A stretch of 62,883 nt of DNA, filler included, from Octopus bimaculoides (Eukaryota): the NCBI RefSeq assembly GCF_001194135.2. It is 9 parts of 9 records of this genome, joined end to end, with 100 filler letters (N's around TTAATTAATTAA, not from the genome) between each part and the next. Parts side by side here need not be neighbours in the genome. Positions count along the whole stretch, not along the records: positions 51,397 to 58,178 come from NC_069006.1; positions 58,279 to 62,883 come from NC_068982.1; 7 more parts are not named here. One strand, given 5' to 3'. Under the pieces are notes generated by a model that made no database searches, was not told where the DNA came from, and was given only the letters and a program-made list of their open reading frames with translations. Numbering within the stretch: position 1 is the stretch's first letter; every line of letters begins with the position of its first letter. Positions 51,687 to 62,883 of the stretch are shown in pieces. A program made the translations under genes and the position numbers.

Positions 51687-52089
51687 GGTGTGGCTGCGTG
51701 GTAAGAAGCGTGCTTCCCAACCACGTGATTCTGGGCTCAATCCTACTGCGTGGCACCTTGGGCTACTAAAGCTTTGGGCTGACTAAGGCCTTGAGTGGAT
51801 TTAGTAGACGGAACCTGAAAGAAGCCCGTCCTACATATATGAGTGTGTGTGTGTGTGCATGTATCTTGTATCTATGTGTGTATGTCTTCATGTGTGCCTG
51901 TGTTGTCCCCCACCATCACTTGACAACCGGTGTTGGTGTGTTTACGTCCTCGTGAATTAGTGGTTCGGCAAAAGAAACCGGTAGAATAAGTACCAGGCTT
52001 TAAACATTCTTAAAAATTCTTCAAGGCGGTGCCCCAGCATGGCCGCAGTGTAACGACTGAAACAAGTAACAGATAACAGATAAAAGATA
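51687..52089 (+). mobile_element. SINE family A, full length
   Basis: Homologous to 48582-48968. Confidence 0.88.
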
Positions 52090-52530
52090 CACCTACGCAT
52101 ATATAAATATATATAAGTGTGTGTATGTGTGTNNNNNNNNNNNNNNNNNNNNNNNNNNNNNNNNNNNNNNNNNNNNNNNNNNNNNNNNNNNNNNNNNNNN
52201 NNNNNNNNNNNNNNNNNNNNNNNNNNNNNNNNNNNNATATATAATGTGTATGTGTGTGTGAGTGTGTGAGTGTATGTGTATGCTTATGTATCTCCCTGAG
52301 ACTCGTCATGTGCACTGATATCCTGTCAGAGTATTTTAACACCAGCAACTCCTTATTTTTCTGTATCTTCTTTTACACCAATATTTGGTCATATATTTTA
52401 GTATCTGACACCAATACTTTTCTATGATTCTTTTCCTCTATACCAATATCTCTCATGATCTTTCTGTCTTTAAATCAATAACTCCCTATATTTCTCAATC
52501 ACAAAAAAGAAAAAGTTGAAACTCCATCGC

Positions 52531-52623
52531 TCACAACGACGAGGGTTCCACTTGATCCGATCAACGGAACAGCCTGCTCGTGAAGTTAACGTGCAGATGG
52601 CTAAGTAATCAACAGAACCCTTA
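52531..52623 (-). mobile_element. SINE family C 3' fragment (plus-strand tail fragment at 58279-58342)
   Basis: acgacgagggttccacttgatccgatcaacggaacagcctgctcgtgaa matches 25897-25960. Confidence 0.8.
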
Positions 52624-53052
52624 ATATATTTCAGAACTGGGTTTGCACTAGGTACCTATCTCTGTTTCTAAACTAAAGGAGGTATCTACATCAGTGGCAC
52701 AGTGAAGAAGAGAATTACTCTCTTCCTTCGTTTACGAAACGAAGATTCCTAGGTAACAGCCAAGATTAAGATACTTTGTGATGATTGAAACTTATCGTAG
52801 ATGTAATATCAAAATATACATAGGGCATTTTCAATGGGCAGCCCTCTACAACAACAAGCTTTTGTATACCCCAGCGAATTGCATAATTTCGGGCTTTGTC
52901 TGACTGAGAGACTTCATATCTTAAAACAGCTCATGATATTCCTCAACAGGAAGTCCGATATAACTTCTAACTGCCGTCACAGACGAAGTTTTCTCTTGGA
53001 TCAGTTTAAACAGACTGTCAGAGTAAATGGAGAAGTTAACCTTCTCGCCATT

Positions 53053-53614
53053 GAAAGACGTAAATGCATAGGAGAAAGGTTAAATTTGGACAAAAAGAGG
53101 GAAGGGAGAGTGAAAGATAGAACAATCACGTGTCCTCTGTGAATGAAGATTTAGACACATCTGACTTGAGAGGTGAGTCCTTATTTCTCGTTCATAAGCT
53201 TGATTTCCATTACTCGAGGAACGTCGCGTTACGAAAATAAGGCGCTATAATGTGTTGTTAGGATATAATGGTAGTAGCTCGTGTTTCGTTAGCAAACACA
53301 CACACACAGCATAAGATATAAACAAAGTCACTATACGCTTTGATTAGCTGCTGACTGAGAGTCAGGGCAATTTTAGCCTACGTAATCCAGTACATTTTTA
53401 ACAATACTTTACAGAATCGTCTGCAACAATTTTCGTAACGCAACGTTCCTCAATTAATGGAAACCAAGCTTATAAACGAGCAATAAGGACTCACCTGCCA
53501 AGTCATATGCGGCTAAAGCTTCACTCACAGAGAACAACTGATTGTTCTCTCTCTCACTCACCCTTCTCCTTTTCTGTCCAAATTTAACCTTTCTAGAGTG
53601 CATTTACATCTTTC
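53053..53614. repeat. Long inverted repeat A/A' (53053-53238 vs 53429-53614, weakly extending inward to 53279/53375)
   Basis: e.g. aggtgagtccttatt / aataaggactcacct; gaaaggttaaatttggaca / tgtccaaatttaacctttc. Confidence 0.92.
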
Positions 53615-54018
53615 TTATATTACATTACATTACACTGCATAGCTTGCTTCGTCCTTTTTTAACTTCTTACCTGCTTCAGGTCACTTCCTCCTTCGTCCCC
53701 TTTGTTCAAAGACAAACTTCCACCTACCTACTTCACTACTTTTGCTAGCCCTACAATTTCAAACAAGCGTCTCCGGTTTGTCATAAACTTTACTTTTCTG
53801 CCGACAGAACTCACTGTTTGACTTCGTTCTCCATTTTGTTCGTCTTAGCTTTAAGAGATAATTTTTCTTTCAATTTTGCATGCTTGCGGTTGTCTCAGCA
53901 CTAAAACCTGGGCACGTTGAGGCATGTGTGCAATTCTGTTGATTAAAAATTGCCTTGACCCTCAGTCAGCAGCAGCTAATCAAAGACTATAGCGACCTTA
54001 TTTATATCTTCTGCTGTG
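53305..54018. repeat. Second inverted repeat B/B' (53305-53374 vs 53946-54018)
   Basis: ctttgattagctgctgactgagagtcagggcaatttt pairs with aaaattgccttgaccctcagtcagcagcagctaatcaaag. Confidence 0.88.
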
Positions 54019-54662
54019 GTGTTTTACCTGTTGTCCGTGCTTAATTTTGCTTCTATATGATATTAATGTCACAGAAAATAATCTACATATGCATATACAT
54101 ACATATGTACGTACGTGCGTATGTTGTAAGTATGTACGTATCAAAATATATGTGTTTCTTTTTTTACTTAATTACCTTTTGTTATGTCAAGTATTTTATG
54201 GAAAAATGTAAATGACATACAAGGTTCATTCCTTCCCTCTCCCCGCACGCGCACACACACACAGATACACACACATAATTAGCTGTCAACATGGTTATTT
54301 GGTTAGAAAAAGTGAGAGAGAGAGAGAGAGAGGCAGAGAGACAGACAGAATGATAGTGAAAACTGATTAAGGTGATGGTTAGGGTATTTGGGGTTTCTGT
54401 AACTTAATGTATAATTTTACAGCTGTCAACTCATTTATCAGGCTGCTGCTGCCGTTCTTGCTGTTGTTGTTGTTGACATTCTTCAGCCTCCGGTCAGTTT
54501 TGGTCCACCATCTCGTCATCCCCATCCCGCTTTTTTTTTTTTTTATTGAAAGTATAGTCTTCCATTTTGTGTCACTTTTTAAAGACTGCAGAATATGGGT
54601 TGATGATAATTTCACTGCTATTTCTAGCAGGTCATACGACCATATAGATCCACTGAGTTTAA

Positions 54663-54785
54663 GTAAAAATGGCACAAGTAAAAAGATAGGTAAAAATGGC
54701 ACAATAAGCAAAATTTCCTCCAGAACTTTGGGACGTACGTTGGGACAGCTTGATGAACATTGGAACGCACATCAAACTGTCCCAA
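54663..54785. repeat. Direct 15-mer pair plus 16-bp hairpin; possible DNA-transposon subterminal region
   Basis: gtaaaaatggcacaa at 54663 and 54690; ttgggacagcttgatg (54740-54755) / catcaaactgtcccaa (54770-54785). Confidence 0.55.
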
Positions 54786-55113
54786 TGACTCCTTAACAGA
54801 ATAAATACGAAACCAGTAAGTCTGGTTTTGCTTCTGAGGATACATGTATACAAAACAGATGTAAGATCAACTACTATGAAATGGAGATGTGTTAAGAGAA
54901 CTTCTTTTTGTAAAGACACCATGACCACCAGCCTTGGCTATTATTTCTAGCATATCGTTTAACTACATAGTGACTTTGCCGCTGCTGTTCTTTGTTAGGA
55001 ATGCGTTGATTGCTTATGTTAATCTCGTGTTTGCAGAGACGATCTAAAAAAAAAAAAGAACAGACGAGATATGTTTATCTTATCTTGCTTGACAACAACT
55101 CTTTCTCTTTCTT

Positions 55114-55153
<40 letters not shown>

Positions 55154-56498
55154 ACTCTCTCTCCCACCCTCTCCCTCTCTCTCCCTCTCTCTAGTTTCAA
55201 AAAATAATATTACTTTTCCGTCTCCTATTACCCACCCACCTCACATCTCCACTCGGACTCACATGTCTCCTCCTCCCCTCACTTCACTTAACTCCACGCC
55301 CACTCTCCTTTCACTCACCCTCCACTCCAACTCCACTCCAACTCCACTCTTGAAGACGGCAGCAGAAGCTGGGTAATCTAGGATTTACTTCGCTAAAAGT
55401 GCTATTAGTTCACTAACAGTACGAACGAAGCTGGGCTGAAAAGTTCGAGTAATGCTAGAGCTGTGAAATTTTGCACACATTAATTTCAATACGTCATATT
55501 TAATAACTGCGTTGTTTCTTTCCCCCAGTAAACTGACATCTGACTGTTCAAAGAACATTTCAAAAGTACATTACAACAATATCTAGCTGTAATCACTCGG
55601 TATTCGGCGCACCCCACCCTTCTATACTGCTGTTTCTCCTCTCTATTTCTCCCTCCTATCTCCCCCTCCCGTTCCCTTTCTCTTATCCGTTGCCCCTCTT
55701 TCACACGTTCTCATCTTACTGTTGTTGACTAGTTACTTTTTTGCTCAAATGTATGTCAAACTTCACACACCCTCACACACACACACACACACACATACAC
55801 GAGCACATATGCACACATATTCACACAGACACAGCAAACACGCACAGACACACATGCACACATATATACACACGCACATGCTCATGCACGCACACGCGCG
55901 CGCGCGCATATGTTCTACACTTTTATATGCCTAAGTATCTCGCCTGCAGGAGTTAATGTCTGACAACTGCTTTGTTATTGATGTCTATTGAGGTAGAAAC
56001 AAATCCACTCCTGCCCTTTTTGTCTGCAAACAATGTTTATTTGTTTTGTTTTGCTTTATAACGAAATATCAACTGCGGAAAATTTAAAACTCTTGAGATT
56101 TGGAGTTTGTGCCAGTTACAACCAGGCAACAACGTTTTACCTTCCTCCTTGGAAACCGAGATAATCTTATATTATAAAAAAGAAGCTGATCTCCGTCTGT
56201 CTGTCCGTCACAAGGTATAAGTGGAGGGGGGAGAAAGGAAGAAATAAACAAGGGAGATATCCCCTGTCACAGCATATATTTAGAACGAGAAAAGAAGAGG
56301 AGAAAAGATTGCTGTTCTGGGGAGAGGAATACAGTGATATATATATATATATANNNNNNNNNNNNNNNNNNNNNNNNNNNNNNNNNNNNNNNNNNNNNNN
56401 NNNNNNNNNNNNNNNNNNNNNNNNNNNNNNNNNNNNNNNNNNNNNNNNNNNNNNNNNNNNNNNNNNNNNNNNNNNNNNNNNNNNNNNNNNNNNNNNNN

Positions 56499-57110
56499 TA
56501 TAGATGTATATAGTTGCATGTCTCAACATGCTCATGTATACTTAAATAAACTTCTAGGAAGTTTTACAGATTTTTTATAGTTCCAGTTATAGCTTTGAAT
56601 CAGCTTTCTCTTTTCTAATTTTGAGAAGCCTGATTTCTCAAGGTTGGCATGTAGGCTGTGTGTTACATTATTCCCCCAATAATTACAGATATACTACTGA
56701 ACTTGTAATCTGGATAGAGTAGCTGTAGATTCCTCAGTAGTTCAGCGTAGGTGTTCTCTTTTTCACTGATTTCCAGTGTTATGTTAACATCCGCTGGGCA
56801 GCTGATTTCCACAACTGTACACAGTTTCTCTTTTCTATCCCAAGTCACTATATCAGGTCTATTGTGTTAACATTTTATTGAAGTTTCCACTGGGACCTTC
56901 CACCAATATTCCTTTTTATTATGAGTGACTATAGCTTCTACCATACTGTGGGTTCTTATTTCTTTGTCCTCGAGGTTATCCTTTCGACAGATCTCGTTAT
57001 ACAGTGTCCTAACTACAACATCATGTCTCATCGGTAGGTAATACCGTGATAACATTTTTGGACAACTGCTTATGATGTGGGTGATATCTTCGGCGTTAAC
57101 TCCACCTAAG
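56499..57110 (-). mobile_element. R4/Dong-like non-LTR retrotransposon C-terminus (zinc knuckle + restriction-like endonuclease), pseudogenised
   Basis: EDITHIISSCP...MRHDVVVRTLY...KC*HNRPDIVTWDRKEKLCTVVEISCPADVN...KENTYAELL...IIGG shows CCHC, RHD and PD-(D/E)xK motifs. The 5' junction is in a (CATA)n array. Confidence 0.88.
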
Positions 57111-57374
57111 TGTGTATGTATGTATGTATGCATGCATGCATGCATGTATGTATGTTTGTATGATGATGATGATAATGAAATTATTGTGTATAGTACTCAG
57201 GTGCACTACAACTCATCAAAGATGCTTGTACAGTACATAGAATTATGTACGAAAGTCAGGAAAGTGAACAGTGAATGACTCATGATATATATGTGTGCAT
57301 GCGTATGAAGTGGGGGGAATATCAGGTACGTTAACTCTATGTATGTATGTATGCATGTATGTAAGCGTGTGTGT

Positions 57375-57422
<48 letters not shown>

Positions 57423-58016
57423 AAGAAAGTATGTGAATGGTCACCAAATGTAGAAGAATCCATAATAATCAATGAGCTGGTCAAATATTCTTAACCGCAT
57501 TTTCGCATCAATCATCTTTGTTGACAGCACAAGGAATTATTTGTTCCTTCCGTTCGTTGCTATGGTCGTTGTTGTTTTAAACACATGAATGCTGTGACTG
57601 TTGTACGTGTACGCTGGCCATTAAGTTGTGCTCTTTCTCTCGCACACTTTATTTGCTGTATAATAAATATGTTTGTCTTCGGTCAATGTCCTATATAGAT
57701 CAGTTTTCGAAGAATTGAATTAGAAGCGATAAAAGCCGCCGTTTGCTATTCTGAAAGCAAATATTCACACCAACAATTCAGTCATTACAAGAAGACAAAT
57801 TGTCAATTGTCGAGCCATATGAACTGATTGTGATAGGAGTGATGTTACCTGCCATTAATTCATTAGAGTTATATATAAAATAAATAAATAAATCTTTAAT
57901 GAAAAGCCTGAATAATTATACTGTTGGTTGTATTCGATCGAAACTGAAGAACTTAGATCCTCCTTGCACGATATATAAACCTACTATTTCATGACACACG
58001 GCCGCAGTCGTCAAAT

Positions 58017-58797
58017 AAGCTGAGAGAATCGATAGCACGCCGGGCAAAATGCATAGCGGTATTTCGTCTGATTTTACGTTCTGAGTTCAAACTCCGCCAA
58101 GGTCGACTTTGCCTACTTTTTGGAATCGATAAAGTACCGGTTAAGCACTGGGGTTGATGTGATCAATTAGCCCTCTCCNNNNNNNNNNNNNNNNNNNNNN
58201 NNNNNNNNNNNNNNNNNNNNNNTTAATTAATTAANNNNNNNNNNNNNNNNNNNNNNNNNNNNNNNNNNNNNNNNNNNNGTTCCGTTGATCGGATCAACTG
58301 GAACCCTCGACGTAGTAAGCGACGGAGTGCCAACAACAACTATTTCGACTTATCTGTCTGTGTTTATCCACATTCTTCTAACCTTATCAATAACTAGTTG
58401 TGGAACTGTCCTTTAGCTGGCTCAAGCAATTTCTTTCTATAATTGACGATGATAGATTATCCGGGTCAAATTTGCTCTCTGTTGAATGAGAGTTGGCTGT
58501 TGAGGTTTATTATAATAAAGTTAAGTTACTGCTTATAATTTTCATGTATTTTCATTTTATTTTTGCATAGGTTTAAAATGTAAAATAATTAACACCCTTT
58601 TGTTATTCGGACAACAAAATGCTTAGCGTCATTTCTTCTGTCTCTTTATGTTTTGAGTTCAAGTACTGCCAGGGTCAACTTTGTTTTTCGTCCTTTCGTG
58701 GACGATAAAATGAATACCTTTCAAGTACTGAGATCGATGTAATCGACTAATCCCCGTCTCCAAATTGCTGAAATTGTGCCAAAGCTTGAAGCTATTA
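58017..58797 (+). mobile_element. Two SINE family B copies (58017-58178 and 58612-58797)
   Basis: Both contain aaatgc(a/t)tagcg...gagttcaa...ggtc(g/a)actttg. Confidence 0.78.
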
Positions 58798-59010
58798 TTT
58801 TAAATACAATACATTTTAATAATATTTCGATTTTGCATTTGGCTTGCAACATTCTTGATGTGAACTCGAGTGTTGAAACAGATTTTGTTCTATCTTGAAA
58901 GAGTTATAATGCCAATAATAAGCACACGCACTGGCTCTATTTCATTTCTTTAAAGTTACGAATGATGACGAAAGATCAGACATAACTGGTTGATTGATTA
59001 ATCGAATGAT

Positions 59011-59199
59011 TCTTTTATTCTTTTATTTGTTTCAGTCGTTTGATTGTGGCCATGCTGGAGCATCACCTTTTAGTCGAAGAAATCGACCCCAGGACTTATT
59101 CCTTGTAAGTCTGGTACTTATTCTATCGATCTCTTTTGACGTAAACACATCATCGGTTGTCAAGTGATGGTGGGGAGACAAATGCAGACACAAAGGCAT

Positions 59200-59236
<37 letters not shown>

Positions 59237-59836
59237 AACAATATATGAGTATATGCATATATATGTACATGTAGGTACATACCTTTATCTACGTGTAGTG
59301 TTTGTGTGTGTGTGTGTTTGTGTGTCTGTTTGTCCCCCACCAACATTGCTTGACATCCGACGCTGGTGTGATATNNNNNNNNNNNNNNNNNNNNNNNNNN
59401 NNNNNNNNNNNNNNNNNNNNNNNNNNNNNNNNNNNNNNNNNNNNNNNNNNNNNNNNNNNNNNNNNNNNNNNNNNNNNNNNNNNNNNNNNNNNNNNNNNNN
59501 NNNNNNNNNNNNNNNNNNNNNNNNNNNNNNNNNNNNNNNNNNNNNNNNNNNNNNNNNNNNNNNNNNNNNNNNNNNNNNNNNNNNNNNNNNNNNNNNNNNN
59601 NNNNNNNNNNNNNNNNNNNNNNNNNNNNNNNNNNNNNNNNNNNNNNNNNNNNNNNNNNNNNNNNNNNNNNNNNNNATATACGACGGGCTTCTTTCAGATT
59701 CCATCTACCAAATCCACTCACAAGGCTTTGGTCAGCCCGAGACTGTAGTAGAAGACACTTGACCATGGTGCCACGCAGTGGAACAGAACCCGGTACCATG
59801 TGGTTGGGAAGCAAGCTTCTTACCACACAGCCACGC
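59011..59836 (-). mobile_element. SINE family A sequence spanning a gap, with a short oppositely oriented internal fragment at 59328-59374
   Basis: Tail at 59011 and head at 59836 on the minus strand. Confidence 0.78.
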
Positions 59837-60359
59837 TTGTCAATAATCGATTAGTTAATTAGTAAAAAGTTGACTAATTGACGACTAATCAATAAAGAAA
59901 ATAGAACTAGCGCGCATTTATTATTGAGATAATGACCTGTCCAGGAAACAACGTTTATAATTTTTCTCTTTATTCTTTTACTGTTTTATACAAAATAACA
60001 AGGTGCAACGCAATGGGACTGAATCTTGAATCACATGATTGGAAAGCAAACTTCTTGCCACATGTAAGGTATATTTTTTTTATGGGAAGAATGGAAAGAT
60101 AAGAGTGAATATTTATTTATGAGTGCTGTGTATTAAGTCTATAAAAATGTGTATAAAGTAAATAAAGTGTTTATATAAGGTGCATTAAGTAATCATCGTA
60201 TTCCAATTTCTTTCACTTTTCAATGAGTAGCAGATAAGCGGCTATCTTTCCATATAGACACAACACAAGCTACACTTTCAGTTTTTTTGGATAGAGCTTT
60301 CAGAAATAACCCAATAGATTTACCATTAATACCGTGAAATATTCACGAGTCCCGCTACT

Positions 60360-60720
60360 TACTACTTATTTTAATATCTAAATCAGATTAGCATTGAGGT
60401 CATTGGTTGTAGCCGAGGAAATAGAGTAGTATTGTCTTCGTACCCTCCCTCCTCTTCATGCAAGTTGCATCATCCTTGATAGGACTGTTTGAGAACCTTT
60501 CAAAACCTTGTGCATCTCTGTTGCTGACGCGATGAATGAAAGCAAGGGGGAAATGAAGACGATATATGGAATTCCTGGCTTAATTGGGAAAGCTTTTTCT
60601 CGAGTCAGGGTTCTTATCAACTTCCAGTCAAATTTCAGGGTAACAAGCCTTTATCCTCAAGACAGGAACATCTTCACTGATTATGATTTTCTACCTTCTG
60701 ATAAGACAGAGGATTCTGCT
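60360..60720 (+). mobile_element. Degenerate pogo/Tigger-like (DDE_1) transposase remnant
   Basis: LDRTV*EPFK...MKTIYGIPGLIGKAF...FRVTSLYPQDRNIFTDYDFLPS resembles the QPLDRTVFGPFK...TIYDIP.L..KAF...GIYP.DRNIF.D.DFLPS region. Confidence 0.7.
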
Positions 60721-62700
60721 GCAACTGGAGTATATAATCTTCTGACCCCAGATGCTACACCAAGTCAACCAGCACCATCTGACTCAGGTCTCTTAATACT
60801 AAAGAATATCCGTTTTCATCAATGCTGATAGAAGAAAAGAGACGAACAGAAAAAGCTGGAGAAAATCCGAGAGAACAAGAAACGAATTCAGCGTGATAAC
60901 AGAAGGAAATCATCAAAAGGCTAAAAGAAAAAAATGCAAGAAAATTGGTTAAAGACCCACACAAGAGACGTATAGAGATGATAGTTGTAAAAATGATATT
61001 TTCCTGGACTTCATAGATACTGAGAGGAATCGTTTCACAGTAAAAAATTCAAGTATAGAATTAATGTAATTTCCGCAAACAAACGAGATTGAGGAAACCC
61101 TTTAAATGTATAGATAAGCAATTGTGCTCTAGTGCATTTTACAATGAAGAAAGAAATGCATTATATTTCATTGCACTTGTTAAAATCTCGAAACGTTCTC
61201 TGAGCATAGATTTTGTATGCTCCAAATTTACAATGCCAGTTGATACTAAAATATACTCACATGAATATGAACATATAGCATTTAATCTGTCTGCGGAAGA
61301 AGAAAGCGTTGTCTACAGAAACTTGTGTTTCCTGTTTATCTATAGGCCTACGATCCAGAGTGCATAAAAGGACATCTTACAGATAATCCTCATTCATAGG
61401 TAACAGACTAAAGTGAAAAATACTAACCATGCCTAGTTGAAGTTACTTGATAAAATATATTATTGGAATAAAATTTTTTAATAATACTAACATTATACAT
61501 GAATTGTCCTATATCTACTTGTGTATTCCAATATGCCCAATGGCATATTCTACAGTGACATGAGTTGGAACTTTCCCACTTGGGTCACACAATTAATTTT
61601 TTTCCAAAATCTCTTGAAGCCACTTCAGAACGTGTTTGCTGAGTTTGTTATACACGAGCATATCTACAGAATGTATGATGCAGTAGATTTATCTATAGAA
61701 CCATATGCTAAAATTAAGCGTTTTCTTTATGAAATAGGTTCCATTCAGACTCACCTTCCTCTTTTATGAGGGATATCTTATATATATAATTCGTATTGAA
61801 GAGTTGACGACTAGAAGTCTTGCAGAATAAAAGGAAGAATACTGAACGTATGAAGATTCCATGAAGAAGCAACAACAACACTAACAACCCTAATACATGC
61901 CAACAAGTAAGGGTGCATCTATTTAGCTGACAGACCCGCTTGAATTAGCTGCCAAATCTCTCTCAAAGCACACCTTGCTGAAAAGATGGGCTCGTGGAAT
62001 AACGTGGATCTGGATGTACTATGTGTAAAAAGTAAATAGGATGGTCATGTCTAGAATACCTATAATTGTAAGCAATTTTAGGGGCTACCTAAGGGATGGG
62101 GAGTTAGACAATAATACAATAACCACCAGTAACACGTGTCATCATCAAATCAATGTCATCGACACAAACAACACGACACCGCCATTACCTGCCACTAGCA
62201 ATTCTCCCACTACCACCATCAGCAATACCACCAAACCAACCAGCACCAGCACCACTACCAACAACACCACTTGTCCATATCAACGCCGACATTTCTAAAC
62301 TACACCAACACCACCAACCCGCACCAACTTCACAACCATCAAATAAGAAGCAAAAGAATCTATGAGAGAGCTGAAAGTATAAACGTAGTTGAACTATGAT
62401 ATGGCTTGGAAGATTAAACATAGAACGAAAACTAAAAGACTTGATATTCTCAGCAGAGGAACAACGCTATGTAAAGAAAATTTATCAAGTTTTTTTACTG
62501 ACTGATAAAGTCACTGAATCGCCATTGTGTTCTGCATGGAGAAAAAGTTAAAAGTGTGTCAAATCTGATAACTAAATACTGTAAATAACAGGGAAAGTAT
62601 ACAATTATGGACTTGTTCATAGACACTTCTGCAGAATATAAATGACTCTACAAAGAAAATAAGTTAGAAATCTAAACTACCATTTAGGTTAAAGTGTCTG

Positions 62701-62761
62701 TGCTAATCATTCGCTTCTTTTCAGATTTTCGTGCAGCAACGGTGGGACACTTAATTTTTAA
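62701..62761 (+). other. Candidate 3' splice site and short exon start at 62725
   Basis: tgCTAATcattcgcttcttttcag| gives branch point, pyrimidine tract and CAG. The phase-1 reading FSCSNGGTLNF* is short. Confidence 0.3.
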
Positions 62762-62831
62762 TTCATAATATATATAAGCCCTTAATGGATGCAAAACCAT
62801 TGGTCATTCTATGACCGGACATAGACTTAAC

Positions 62832-62883
<52 letters not shown>

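Noticed and set aside
52707-52744. Two adjacent small hairpins (7-bp and 8-bp stems)
   Set aside because: Short stems are expected by chance in 63 kb, and there is no ribozyme core or second copy.
61500-61800. N-terminus of a pogo-like transposase on the minus strand
   Set aside because: Only vague similarity, many stops, and opposite orientation to the 60360-60720 remnant.

Overview
AT-rich, gap-rich eukaryotic draft sequence dominated by microsatellites and interspersed repeats. The repeat landscape is most consistent with an octopus/cephalopod genome (inference; no database check was possible). There are no prokaryotic genes, rRNA, true tRNA genes or CRISPR arrays, and almost all ORF-track entries are microsatellite or N-gap artefacts. 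Supported mobile elements: three recurring tRNA-headed SINE families (here called A, B, C) plus an RTE-related repeat (D); LINE remnants of the RTE, Tx1/L1 and R4/Dong (restriction-like endonuclease) types; Tc1/mariner, maT (DD37D)-like and pogo-like transposase remnants; and hAT MITEs, two with perfect 8-bp TSDs. Three short host-gene exons missed by the ORF track were read by eye: a minus-strand signal-peptide exon (29361-29456), a divergent plus-strand ATG exon (31978-32064) and a VWC-like Cys-rich exon (43275-43379). The most notable observations are (1) a nearly canonical minimal type I hammerhead ribozyme inside a 346-bp-period direct repeat (Penelope pLTR or retrozyme-like), with further degenerate hammerhead-like motifs elsewhere; (2) an R4/Dong-like LINE found twice with its 5' junction in (CATA)n arrays; and (3) long, partly interleaved inverted repeats. 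None is proven to be a new system; all are candidates that need testing.
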